A program made the translations under genes and the position numbers. Source: Myxococcales bacterium (GTDB taxonomy: Bacteria; Desulfobacterota; Binatia; HRBIN30). Taken from it: a DNA stretch of 64,000 nucleotides. Of the stretch, positions 48,705 to 58,391 are shown one piece after another. Numbering within the stretch: position 1 is the first letter of the stretch; every line of letters begins with the position of its first letter. Below the pieces are notes generated by a model. The model did not search any database. It worked only from the letters and a program-made list of their open reading frames with translations, and was not told the DNA's origin. Where the stretch lies: contig JBBILD010000019.1 in assembly GCA_037445065.1 (NCBI GenBank), positions 1 to 64,000 on the forward strand. The letters are read 5' to 3'.

Positions 48705-50414
48705 ATGGAAGAAAAAATCCTGCGCGTCGACATGACCACTCTGACAGTGCGGAGCGAACCGTACCCAGAAGAATGGAAGTTCCTTGGAGGGCGGGGACTC
48801 TCGGCCAAGATTCTCCTGAAGGAAGTGGACCCGAAGTGCGACCCACTTGGCCCAGGAAATAAAGTGATTTTCGCACCGGGTGTTCTGTCGGGAACTATGG
48901 CCCCGACCTCTGGCAGAATGAGTGTGGGAGGAAAGAGCCCCCTTACCGGAGGGATCAAGGAAGCAAACTCCGGAGGCCAGCCGGGCCAGAAGCTCGCTCG
49001 TCTTGGCTACCGGGCTTTGATCGTCGAGGGAAAAGCAAAGGACCCGGACAAACGGTACATGGTGGTTGTGGACCGGAACGGCGCACGGATCGAGGAGTGC
49101 ACGGACCTGAAGTTTCTGCGCACCTATGCCGCGGCGGAGCGCCTAGGCCAGCGGTTTTCTCAGCGGGCGGCTTTTGTCCTGTGTGGCCCTGCGGGGGAGA
49201 AAGGTTTCTCGGGAGCGAGCGTGGCGCTCACCGACGAAGGCAGCCGCCACCCCGCTCGGCACGCTGCGCGTGGGGGTCTCGGAGCGGCGATGGGGGCCAA
49301 GGGCCTCAAGGCAATTGTGGTTGACGACGAGGGCACCCAAGCGCGCGCGCCGAAACAGCCAGAGGATTTCAAAAAGTACGTGGCCAAGTTCACCAAGGAA
49401 TACAAGGCTGGACCACAACTCTTTCAGTTCGGCACCTCGGCCACGGTGCCTCTGGCAAACATGATGAGCACGTTCCCCACGCGCAATCGGCGCGAAATGC
49501 AGTTCGAACACGCGGACAAGTTGGACGGCGCCCGCATCGTGCAGAATTTTGCGACGCGTGGCGGTGGCATGCACCACTGCATGAGCGGGTGTATCGTAAA
49601 GTGCTCGAATGTCGTGCACGGACCGGATGGTAAGTACGTCACCTCAGCGCTGGAGTTCGAAACCTTGGCGCTCTGCGGCGCAAACTGCTTGATCGGCGAT
49701 TTAGACCATGTCGCCCGCATTGACCGCATGTGCGACGAACTCGGCCTCGACACGATTGAGACCGGCGGCGCCATTGCTCTTGCCATGGACTGTGGAGCGA
49801 TCCCATGGGGTGACGGAGAGGCGGTGCTGGCCTTGCTGGACCGGGTAGACAAAGGAGATGAACTTGCAGAAACCATTGCTTGCGGGGTGGTGGCTGTCGC
49901 AAAGCGGTTCGGGGTTACCGACCGTATCCCTGCCATCAATGGCCAGGGAATCCCCGCGTGGGAGCCACGCACCCTCAACGCAACCGGAATCACTTATGCG
50001 ACCAGTGCCATGGGGGCCGATCATACGGCCGGCTTGGTGGTGACACCTGTGGAGGACATGGCGCGCGCTTCGCAGGAGGCGCAGCTGATCAACGCGCTGT
50101 GCGATTCGAGTGGTTTTTGCCAGTTTCAGCAACCCACGATCGAAGATATTCGCACTCTGTACAACTATTACTTCGGGGCGAATCTGAGCTTCGAAGAAGC
50201 TGCGGATCTCGGCTGGCAGTGCATGGTGGACGAGTGGGAGTTCAACCGCCGCGCCGGGTTCAAACTGGAAGAGGCGGATTTGCCGGAGTGGCTGCGCAAA
50301 GAGCCGGTGCCATCGAATGGGGCCGTGTTCGCGGTGCCACGCGAGGAGATCCAGCGCGTATTTCAGCGGATGCCGATTTCCGACGAACTGCGCACCATGA
50401 AAGCCGTGGGGTAA
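48705..50414 (+). CDS. Aldehyde:ferredoxin oxidoreductase family (tungsten-type)
   Basis: GGRG, KSPLTGGIKEANSGG, RGGLGA.MG.KGLKAI, CMSGCIVKC, DELGLDTI, GADHT. Confidence 0.92.
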   Translation: MEEKILRVDMTTLTVRSEPYPEEWKFLGGRGLSAKILLKEVDPKCDPLGPGNKVIFAPGVLSGTMAPTSGRMSVGGKSPLTGGIKEANSGGQPGQKLARLGYRALIVEGKAKDPDKRYMVVVDRNGARIEECTDLKFLRTYAAAERLGQRFSQRAAFVLCGPAGEKGFSGASVALTDEGSRHPARHAARGGLGAAMGAKGLKAIVVDDEGTQARAPKQPEDFKKYVAKFTKEYKAGPQLFQFGTSATVPLANMMSTFPTRNRREMQFEHADKLDGARIVQNFATRGGGMHHCMSGCIVKCSNVVHGPDGKYVTSALEFETLALCGANCLIGDLDHVARIDRMCDELGLDTIETGGAIALAMDCGAIPWGDGEAVLALLDRVDKGDELAETIACGVVAVAKRFGVTDRIPAINGQGIPAWEPRTLNATGITYATSAMGADHTAGLVVTPVEDMARASQEAQLINALCDSSGFCQFQQPTIEDIRTLYNYYFGANLSFEEAADLGWQCMVDEWEFNRRAGFKLEEADLPEWLRKEPVPSNGAVFAVPREEIQRVFQRMPISDELRTMKAVG

Positions 50415-50494
50415 GAATGCTGCTCGAGGCGAAGGTGGAAGCTGGACGTTCGGGTGGTCACTGTTAGGAGGGGACGGCGAGCAGGAGGTGGAGA

Positions 50495-50728
50495 GTGAAG
50501 CAGACAACGATTCGCGTCCTGCGGATGACGGTTGGAGTTGCCCTCGTGCTGCTCGGGATCGTTGGTCTCTTCCTACCCTTTTTACAGGGTGTGTTGTTCA
50601 TCGTGGCGGGCCTGGCATTGCTAGGCCGGGAAAGCGAAAGAGTCCGCCGCTGGAACGAGTACCTGCGAGAGCAGTGGCGGCGACGGACAAGGCTGTCGAA
50701 AGGAGAGTCGTTTTATGGCAGCAGATGA
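50495..50728 (+). CDS. Small membrane protein (PGPGW/DUF454-like)
   Basis: G..LVLLGIVGLFLPFLQG.LFI..GL.LL pattern. Confidence 0.7.
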   Translation: MKQTTIRVLRMTVGVALVLLGIVGLFLPFLQGVLFIVAGLALLGRESERVRRWNEYLREQWRRRTRLSKGESFYGSR

Positions 50729-51053
50729 GAAGGACCGCCTTGGCCAGAAGCTCAAGGACGTCGAGCGGGCGCGGGAGGACTTGTACTTCGCCGAGCAGGA
50801 TCGCAAGCTGATCGAAAAGATGCGCAAGGCCAAGGCGGAAGAAATGGAAGCTCACATCCGCCAACTGGCGCACCTGCGTTGCCCGAAGTGTGGGGCTCGG
50901 CTGCAGCATGTGATGGAGCGAGGGGTGGCAGTGGAGGAGTGCCCCGAGTGTCACGGGATCTGGCTAGACCATGGTGAACTCGAACAGATCGCGGGACAGG
51001 AACAAGAGGGCTGGTTTGCGCGCTGGTTGCGCGGAGAGTTTCGCAAGCCGTAG
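50715..51053 (+). CDS. Small protein: N-terminal charged helix plus zf-TFIIB-type zinc ribbon
   Basis: AAGGAG RBS; CPKC...CPECHGIWLDHGEL. Confidence 0.85.
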   Translation: MAADEKDRLGQKLKDVERAREDLYFAEQDRKLIEKMRKAKAEEMEAHIRQLAHLRCPKCGARLQHVMERGVAVEECPECHGIWLDHGELEQIAGQEQEGWFARWLRGEFRKP

Positions 51054-51089
51054 CACTGGCTCCGCCGACTAGCCTCTCGTTGGCGACAC

Positions 51090-51125
51090 AAAAAGGGGCT
51101 CCCCCGTTTGGGGGAGCCCCTTTTT
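51090..51125. terminator. Bidirectional intrinsic terminator
   Basis: AAAAAGGGGCTCCCCC-GTTT-GGGGGAGCCCCTTTTT between convergent genes. Confidence 0.9.
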
Positions 51126-51143
51126 ACTTGGGGCAACCAGTGA

Positions 51144-52445
51144 TCAGTCAGAGATGCTGGTCAGGTGCTTCAAGGTGAAGTAGTCACGAGGGAACTTGGT
51201 CTCGATGAACTGAGAGCTGTAACGCCCGCCGATCGCAGCGCGGTTCGTCTTGTCATTCACGCCGACCACCATGTTGGGTGTGACCGCCGTAAACGTACCA
51301 TCGTCGCTGCGCGACCAGTGGTAAGCGCACATGGCGTTGTAAAAGTACTCTCCGGCACGGTTGTGCACGAGCTTCCACCAGATCCGGTACATGTCCTTGT
51401 CCATGAACATGATGACCTTTCCGAAGTTGTAGTATGGGTCCTCGGACTGTCCTTCGAGGATCCATACCGGGCGGGGGATCATGTTCAAGTTCTCGACGAT
51501 TAGCCAGGGTGCACCCTTTGCGCCAGGCGTTTCGTACGCTCCCTTGAAGTAGGGAATTTCCACCTCCCAGCGCGTAGGTGAGACTTGCTTTTGCTTGAGC
51601 GGCTCTGGGCTCAGCACCGGCGCCAAGATTTTGCCCTCGCCCACCAGTTTCCATTTGTAGTACTCGACCTTCCCCGCGTAACAGTTCACGTCGTCCGCAA
51701 AAATGTCCAGCCCCGCCACTGGGTCGGAGCGGGTCGCCGCATTCACGCGGCGCACGCGGCGCGTCGAAGGCACGTAGAACCAAGCCTGGTCCTGCGAGGT
51801 CCAGTCGTTGATCACCTTCGTCAAGCCACCGACACCGTCCACATCTTGCGGTTCCAGCACGTTGGAGAGACTGGTGGCGCGCAAGTTTTCGGGGTTTTCC
51901 ATGGGGCCGGCGGAGCGCCCGAGGAACGCATTTATATGGAGCCAAAGCTTGATGCGCTTGAATTCGCCACTGCTGTCAATCCCGTTGAGCGTGAAGGTTG
52001 CGCCTTGCCCGTTCCCCATGCCGTTTGCTGCTTGGAAGTTCCAGGCCATCTTGCAGGCTGCCATTGGGTCCTTCGGGTCAATTTTGGGGAACGGGTAGCC
52101 AAAGTAAAACTCGGGCATCTTGCCTGTCTTCACGTCCTTCAACCCGCAAGTACCCGGATCGAGGTCGTACTTGCCGTCGTTAGCCTCGCTGGCCTCCCAG
52201 AAGCGTTTCGAGTAGTTCTGCTTGAATTTCTCTGGGTCGACCGGGACGACCTTGAACCAGTACTCCCCGTTCTTGACTCGGTTCAAGATCACCTCGGGCA
52301 ACAAGTCCTTCCCGAGTTGCCAGTTGTTTTGATCTAGGATCCACGGCTTGTCGCCCTCTTGTGCTCGTGCGCTGCCGTTGACAAGCAGGGCACAAGCTAA
52401 GCTGAGCGCTGCCAGCATCCTGCCAGACCATTGAAACCGTTTCAT
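51144..52445 (-). CDS. DUF1329 family periplasmic protein (LolA-like)
   Basis: AGGAGG RBS, signal peptide, GYPFP.IDP.DP, WFYVPSTRRVRR. Confidence 0.85.
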   Translation of the reverse strand: MKRFQWSGRMLAALSLACALLVNGSARAQEGDKPWILDQNNWQLGKDLLPEVILNRVKNGEYWFKVVPVDPEKFKQNYSKRFWEASEANDGKYDLDPGTCGLKDVKTGKMPEFYFGYPFPKIDPKDPMAACKMAWNFQAANGMGNGQGATFTLNGIDSSGEFKRIKLWLHINAFLGRSAGPMENPENLRATSLSNVLEPQDVDGVGGLTKVINDWTSQDQAWFYVPSTRRVRRVNAATRSDPVAGLDIFADDVNCYAGKVEYYKWKLVGEGKILAPVLSPEPLKQKQVSPTRWEVEIPYFKGAYETPGAKGAPWLIVENLNMIPRPVWILEGQSEDPYYNFGKVIMFMDKDMYRIWWKLVHNRAGEYFYNAMCAYHWSRSDDGTFTAVTPNMVVGVNDKTNRAAIGGRYSSQFIETKFPRDYFTLKHLTSISD

Positions 52446-52517
52446 TGCCAGACCTCCTAAAAGGTTTTCCTTTCCCTTACTCCCAACCCGCCCTGAACTG
52501 CGGTGCGGTTTCCTTGG

Positions 52518-55100
52518 CTACCTCCCGGTGCCCAGGGCTGCTTGTTGTTCAACCAACATAGCTCTCGGCTTTCGGTTTACCAGGAACCCGGGGCGCAACA
52601 CCTTCACGAAAGCCGGTACGACGACCAGGCCACCGAACGTGTTGAAGCTCATGAGCAGTGCCAGCAGCAAACCCATTTCCGCTTGGAACTTGAGGTCCGA
52701 GAACCAGAAAAACCCGGTTCCTGCAACCATGGTGGAGGCGGTGAAGATGATGGCCTTGCCGGTTGTGGCAGTCGCGTAGTCCACTGCCTCGTCGAGCTTC
52801 CCGATTTCGTCGTACGTGTCGATCATTCGACTAAAGTGATAAATGCCGTAATCCACCCCGACGCCCGCTCCTGCAGCGGCAATGGGTAACGAGTTCACAT
52901 TCAAGTCAATGCGGAACCAAACCATCAATGCCTCGGCCGCCAACTGGGAGAGGACTACGGGGATCATCAGAATGAGGGAACAATACAGCGAGCCGTACGT
53001 CAGATACAAGCAGATGTACACGATCACGAAGATCAAACCGAGATTTTTCCAGTAAGAATTCTCGACCTCTTCGTTGACCGCGGCGAGGATACCGAAGAGA
53101 CCGCCAGCAAACCGGAAATCTACGAAGCCCTCGGTGTATTGGTTCACGAACTGCCGCGCATGATCAATCGAACTCATGATGATGTCGTGGGAATGTTCGT
53201 GGAACAACGTAATCACCGAGCCGTAGCGCGCACTGGGGTCCATGAAGAAGTTCAGTGCCGCAATGTTGGCGTTTTGGGTGAACGTGTAGATGATTTGGCC
53301 GATTTCCTTCGGATTCAGCGGGATGATGGACCACTTGGGATCGCCGTCGTGCTGGAGGCGGGCGAGCTGCTTGATCACATCAACGATCGTAATCGTACCG
53401 CTGGCTCCGCGCGCACTTTGCATGTGGTAGGCGAACTCTTCGATCGTCGTTAGAGCCTCGGCCGACTTGACGCCGTTCGGCTGTTTGGTGTCGGCAATGA
53501 TGATGAGCTGGCTGGCACCTAAGAATTTGTGGTTGAGAATGTTGTAGGCCACGTTGTACGGGTGTTCTTGGAAGAGCAGCGCGGCGCCCGGGGTCATGTC
53601 TCCCACCTTGAGTTGCCATCCCCACATGGGCAGAAAGGCGTACAGCCCCACAGTGAGCGCGATCACCGCCCAACGCCTCCAGCCCTCACTGGCATTGATG
53701 ACCAGTTGCGTAAAGGCGGGATAAATCCGCTCGCAATACACAAGCCAGTACCATCCGATCACAGGCGAGATCAGGAGGAAGGCGATCATGCCGGGGCCAA
53801 TGAATTCGAGGGCGCGCGCCAGGCCGGTAGGCAGGCCGGAGATCACGGAGGCGATCAGCCCACTCTGGTCGAGGGCGACGGCAACCGCAACTGCTGCAAT
53901 CAGAACTGCTGTGCCGGCCCAAATGTTCATGTGCTGAGCGGGCCCCGTGCTGTGGTCCACGGGTGGGGGTGGGTCAATGTACGAGAGGATGATCGGGTGA
54001 AGAGTTACCACGCTGATAAAAATGGAAATCACCCAAAAGCTCGCGAAGATGGCGACTTTCTGAATCAAGGGGATCGGCGCCACCGCCACGATCAGAAGTC
54101 CGATTCCGTCGGTTACGATTGACGCGATCGCCGGTGCGAACAAGTGCGAATAGGATACAACGATGGCTTGGTCCTTGTCCTTCAGGCGATAGAATTCCTC
54201 GTGGTACCGGTCCATGGACTGTACCGAGTGACTTAGCGCCCGAGCGGTCAGAAAGAGTGGAATCACCAGCACGAGCGGGTCGAGGTTGAAGCCCAGCCAT
54301 GCGGCGATGCCGAGACCCCAAACACTCGACAGGATCCCCGAGAAGATGGGTACCCAAATTCCGGTCCACGTGCGGAAGTAAGAGTACAACAGAAACGACA
54401 ACGCGATCGTCGTGAGCACGAAAACCAGGGCCAGTTGTCCGCTGTACTGGAGGACGGAAGTGTAAAGCCAAGGGAAGCCGGTGATGTGGACGGTGTGATT
54501 CGCATCTTCTACTTCCGCCTTCAGTTGCATCATCCGCTCGTAAAGGTACCGGAAGTCAAGAGCTTCTTCCCAAAAGCCGGTATTTACGACTGCGGCCGTG
54601 TCATCCGAAGCAACGTACACTCCGCGGATGTTGGGATTGGCGTACACCGCGAACCGGACGCGATCTGCGTCGGCTTGTGTCTGCGGCACACCAGGGTAGA
54701 AGATTGGCCGTACCTGCACAGCTCCTTGCGTTGCTGTGGCGCTGCTCACCGCGGGGTGCGCGATCGATAAAATCTGGTACGGCACCACCCCCTTGGTGTT
54801 GATCATGAACTTGGTGATTTGATCCAGCTTTTGCAGCGTGGTTGGGTTGTAAATGTCGCCCGATTTGACCTCCAAAATCACGTTCATGATGTTCGCGGTT
54901 CCGAACATTTTCCGGAACTCGTGGTAAAATTTGATGTATTTGTGCTGCCGCGGGTAGAAATCGAAGAAGTCCGTGTGAAGGCGGATTTTGGTGAGGCCGT
55001 AAGCGAAAAACAGGGTCATCAGCGTGACAAACAGTGTGACCCCGCGCCGGTACTTCAGTAGGAAACGGAGATACGCCTCGATCCATCGCTGCGGAAACAT
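52518..55100 (-). CDS. RND/MMPL family inner-membrane transporter
   Basis: Two TM bundles; ARALSHSVQ, TDGIG, GVGVDYGIY, TGKAIIFT, DLKFQAEMG. Confidence 0.9.
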   Translation of the reverse strand: MFPQRWIEAYLRFLLKYRRGVTLFVTLMTLFFAYGLTKIRLHTDFFDFYPRQHKYIKFYHEFRKMFGTANIMNVILEVKSGDIYNPTTLQKLDQITKFMINTKGVVPYQILSIAHPAVSSATATQGAVQVRPIFYPGVPQTQADADRVRFAVYANPNIRGVYVASDDTAAVVNTGFWEEALDFRYLYERMMQLKAEVEDANHTVHITGFPWLYTSVLQYSGQLALVFVLTTIALSFLLYSYFRTWTGIWVPIFSGILSSVWGLGIAAWLGFNLDPLVLVIPLFLTARALSHSVQSMDRYHEEFYRLKDKDQAIVVSYSHLFAPAIASIVTDGIGLLIVAVAPIPLIQKVAIFASFWVISIFISVVTLHPIILSYIDPPPPVDHSTGPAQHMNIWAGTAVLIAAVAVAVALDQSGLIASVISGLPTGLARALEFIGPGMIAFLLISPVIGWYWLVYCERIYPAFTQLVINASEGWRRWAVIALTVGLYAFLPMWGWQLKVGDMTPGAALLFQEHPYNVAYNILNHKFLGASQLIIIADTKQPNGVKSAEALTTIEEFAYHMQSARGASGTITIVDVIKQLARLQHDGDPKWSIIPLNPKEIGQIIYTFTQNANIAALNFFMDPSARYGSVITLFHEHSHDIIMSSIDHARQFVNQYTEGFVDFRFAGGLFGILAAVNEEVENSYWKNLGLIFVIVYICLYLTYGSLYCSLILMIPVVLSQLAAEALMVWFRIDLNVNSLPIAAAGAGVGVDYGIYHFSRMIDTYDEIGKLDEAVDYATATTGKAIIFTASTMVAGTGFFWFSDLKFQAEMGLLLALLMSFNTFGGLVVVPAFVKVLRPGFLVNRKPRAMLVEQQAALGTGR

Positions 55101-55129
55101 ACGTGCGGGTCCTCCTCAAGCTGCGCTCG

Positions 55130-56152
55130 TCAGTAGACCTTTTTCAATGGCGTGATGGTGTCACGATCGACGGACAAAACCAAGCCCCTCGCGCCAGCAA
55201 TAAATCCCCGGCCGTCGGGCAGCAAGGTAATGCCGCGGAACCACGAGCCGGCCATGCGAACCGGTACCTCGGCAAGTTGCCACGTCTTACCGGCGTCTTT
55301 GCTGTGCAAGATGAATCCGCTGTTTCCGACCGCCCAACCGAACAGTCCGTTCACCGCGATGTCATACAAGGGGAGAACGAAGCCCTTCGGTCGTTCCACG
55401 TTCTCCTTGTTCCAGGTGGCGCCCCCATCGGTCGTAGACAAGAGGATCGCCTCGAGCCCGACTGCCCAAGCTCGTTCGCTGTCGAGCGCGTGAATGCCGA
55501 ACAAAGTGGTTTCCACTCCACTACGCTGCTGCTGCCAGGTGAGGCCGCCGTCTGTGGAGTGCAGGATCACTCCAAACTCGCCCGCAATCCAGACTTGATC
55601 CCGAGTAGCAAACGTGGCCCCGTACAAGATCACGTCTCCAGGTTGGACCACTTCAGCAATGTCCGGTGGCAGCTCGATGTTTTCTGGAAGCGGGATTTTC
55701 TCCCAGGTGCGGCCGCCATCCTCCGTGCGCAGCAAAGTGCCGAAGTCGCCAATCGCGATACCCCGCTGTGCATCGACCAATTGGATATCGAGCAGGTTGC
55801 GCGTCGTCCCCGACTCTTGTTTGGTCCAAGTGCGGCCGGCGTCTGGTGAGTGTGCAATTTGGCCGGCCTGACCAGCGATCCAGAGTTTCTCGCCCACGCA
55901 GGAGATTGCCACAAACGGCCGTTTCGTTCCGGCGCTTTGCACTTCCCAGGAGCGTCCCGCGTCGGTTGTGTGGAAGATCCGGCCAAGGTCCCCGACCGCC
56001 CATGCCTCGCTGTTGTCCTTGGCGCAGATCGAAAAGAGGTTCTGGCGCAGCTCTTCAGAAGAAATTTTCTCCGCCGCCGGTACTGACAGGGCGAAGCCGC
56101 AAGCGAAGACCCCCGCTATGTAAATCAACATCCTCCTACGAACAAAAGCCAT
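55130..56152 (-). CDS. YCF48/BNR-repeat beta-propeller protein
   Basis: Repeated VG..G.I..T.D.G.TW (Asp-box) units. Confidence 0.88.
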   Translation of the reverse strand: MAFVRRRMLIYIAGVFACGFALSVPAAEKISSEELRQNLFSICAKDNSEAWAVGDLGRIFHTTDAGRSWEVQSAGTKRPFVAISCVGEKLWIAGQAGQIAHSPDAGRTWTKQESGTTRNLLDIQLVDAQRGIAIGDFGTLLRTEDGGRTWEKIPLPENIELPPDIAEVVQPGDVILYGATFATRDQVWIAGEFGVILHSTDGGLTWQQQRSGVETTLFGIHALDSERAWAVGLEAILLSTTDGGATWNKENVERPKGFVLPLYDIAVNGLFGWAVGNSGFILHSKDAGKTWQLAEVPVRMAGSWFRGITLLPDGRGFIAGARGLVLSVDRDTITPLKKVY

Positions 56153-56207
56153 CTTCTCTGGTCCTTTCAAAAACGGTTTCGGCGATGCGAACCCTTTCTC
56201 CCATAAT

Positions 56208-56243
56208 GAGACGCTGCACAGCCGCGAGGCTGTGCAGCGTCTC
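56208..56243. other. Perfect 16-bp intergenic hairpin without U-tract
   Basis: GAGACGCTGCACAGCC-GCGA-GGCTGTGCAGCGTCTC. Confidence 0.8.
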
Positions 56244-56273
56244 CTGAACAGCGCAACAGAGTACGAAGGGGGT

Positions 56274-58283
56274 TCAGATGACGTACTCGATGCGGAACTG
56301 AACGTTGTCTCGGTCCTTGAGCAAACTCACTCCGCTCCCACCCTTGTAGATGTGCGAGTCGAGCCAGCTGTAATCAATGGCAAAGCGGAACGGGTCCTGA
56401 ATGATGGTGAGACTGGGTTGAATCACGATCGCGCCGCCCCAGTCGTAAAAGACGGTCAGGCCGGGGTTCACCGTGCCACTTCGGTACGAAGTGCCAATGA
56501 ACAACGTGTGTAAAAACGAGTCGGCGGGTTGGCTGACAAACACGTCCTCGAGTCGAGGGAAGATCGAGCCATTGAAATCAAAATCCACCTGGGTGAAACG
56601 CACCGGAAGGACTTGCCGGTTCGGGTTGGGTGATCCATCCGGAGCGTTCGGATTGCAGATTTTCTTCGCTCTGAGTTCCGCGTTGCAGAACAACGGTCCG
56701 TCGGGGTGAGCATTTTTGATGTGCTTGTAGAAGAATTGCGTCGAGATGAAGAAAGTCTGGTGCGGGTTCAAAAAGCGGATCCACTGGTTGCGGTCGATTC
56801 CAAGCACGAAGTTGATCGAATCCCGGAGTTCCCGTTGGCCGTGCGTTCGGCGTCCGCCGTCGGTCCGCCTTCGTGCAGTGAACTGGCCTAGGTTGAACTC
56901 AAAGGGGTTGAGGTCCTCCTCTTGGAACGACGGCTCGTCCTTGAAGTAGGCAAGTTCACTACGGATCACGCTATAAAACTGCGGCAAGGCGAAGGTCGTG
57001 GTGATACCAGAGATCTGTACCCTAGGAGCGCTTTGCACCACGATGATGGGCGCGCCGCAATTCAGGTTGCTCAGGTCCGGCTGCGACGGGTTGCCAGGGG
57101 TCCCGCATGGCAGGCCGTGGCCGGGTGGCACGGACCACCGCTCCGTCACTGGATCGAACCGGTTGCCCACGAAGTTGTTCCGCGACCCAAAGATAAACGG
57201 CCGCACATTGCCGTTATCATCCCGTCCGGCGGCTGAGAACACTTGGAGGGCAGGGGTGTCCAAGTAGGTGTAGTAGTGTGCCAAGCTAAAAGTCGCGTCG
57301 AACAGGTTGAACACCAAGCGCCCCCCGCCCCGGGCGTCGCTGAAGGTACGCGAGGGCGCGAGCTTCACGGAGATGGAGTCGTTGGAGGGGGCTCCTAGGC
57401 CAGGCAAGGTCCACGGTGAACCTGGTGCTACGCCGGGAATGAAACCCACTTTGTTATCGATTGCGATGTAGCCCTCGAGAAACACCTCCGACAGCGGGCC
57501 TGCGTCACCCACGTAGTACTGCCCGCGCAACATGTCGAGCGGAACCCGGCGCTCATCCAGGGGGATGAGGAACCCGCCGAAGCTGTTATCGAGGGGGTTG
57601 ATGTTGTCGAGGAGGCGAAATGCGTCCGTCTCCCCCCAAGACAACAGTTGCCGCCCGATGCGAAAGAAGAAGTCCCCAGTCTTCACATCCACATACGCTT
57701 GGAACAGGCGCTCCCGGTGTACCCCTTGCTTTCGCAATTGTCGGCGAAACGTGAACATGGTGGTGGCGAATTGGTTGACCCCACCTGGAAAAAGCGGCGG
57801 GCCGATGAATGGGTTGGGTGGATCTGCCTTGGCGAGCCGCTGGAACTCACGGGCTGTGCTGAATTCCTTTGGCCCAAAATCGTAAATCCCGTCGCCCTCG
57901 CCACGGAACGTGAGCCCGTAGCTCAAGTCGCGGATCTCAAACGGGAGATCGTTGAGTAAGCTGAGGGGCCCGATTCCTTCCCGGCGGAGGCGATCCAGGT
58001 CGTGCTTCAGTTCGGCCTCGATGAAGACCCGATTCTGCCGCAGATGGCCTGCGGCAGAGCGGGGCCACGTGGCCCCAGTGGCCACTCCTGGGTCGTCCGT
58101 ATCCCGCACGCCGTCGTGCGTTCGCTCGGTCCCGATACGAGCGTTCACGTACGTTCGCACGCCGAGCTTGATGTCGCCATCCTTGTCTAATGGCACCGCA
58201 GGTGCCCGGCCGCGCCCAACAACGGCGAGCGCTAGGAAGATTGCGCCCGCCACTGCCCAACTCCTCATCCCATAACGTGCCAT
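56274..58283 (-). CDS. DUF1302-family outer-membrane beta-barrel protein
   Basis: AGGAGGAG RBS, signal peptide, RIGRQ..SWGETD..RLLD.INPLD, C-terminal beta-signal-like QFRIEYVI; module context. Confidence 0.78.
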   Translation of the reverse strand: MARYGMRSWAVAGAIFLALAVVGRGRAPAVPLDKDGDIKLGVRTYVNARIGTERTHDGVRDTDDPGVATGATWPRSAAGHLRQNRVFIEAELKHDLDRLRREGIGPLSLLNDLPFEIRDLSYGLTFRGEGDGIYDFGPKEFSTAREFQRLAKADPPNPFIGPPLFPGGVNQFATTMFTFRRQLRKQGVHRERLFQAYVDVKTGDFFFRIGRQLLSWGETDAFRLLDNINPLDNSFGGFLIPLDERRVPLDMLRGQYYVGDAGPLSEVFLEGYIAIDNKVGFIPGVAPGSPWTLPGLGAPSNDSISVKLAPSRTFSDARGGGRLVFNLFDATFSLAHYYTYLDTPALQVFSAAGRDDNGNVRPFIFGSRNNFVGNRFDPVTERWSVPPGHGLPCGTPGNPSQPDLSNLNCGAPIIVVQSAPRVQISGITTTFALPQFYSVIRSELAYFKDEPSFQEEDLNPFEFNLGQFTARRRTDGGRRTHGQRELRDSINFVLGIDRNQWIRFLNPHQTFFISTQFFYKHIKNAHPDGPLFCNAELRAKKICNPNAPDGSPNPNRQVLPVRFTQVDFDFNGSIFPRLEDVFVSQPADSFLHTLFIGTSYRSGTVNPGLTVFYDWGGAIVIQPSLTIIQDPFRFAIDYSWLDSHIYKGGSGVSLLKDRDNVQFRIEYVI

Positions 58284-58391
58284 TTGGGACCCTCCTCCTT
58301 TGTTCCCCAGCGCCAACCCCTTCCTCATCTCCATTCTCGTTGGCGTTCGGTTGGCTTGTTGGGCCGCTTCCCTACGCTAGGTGCCGGTTCG

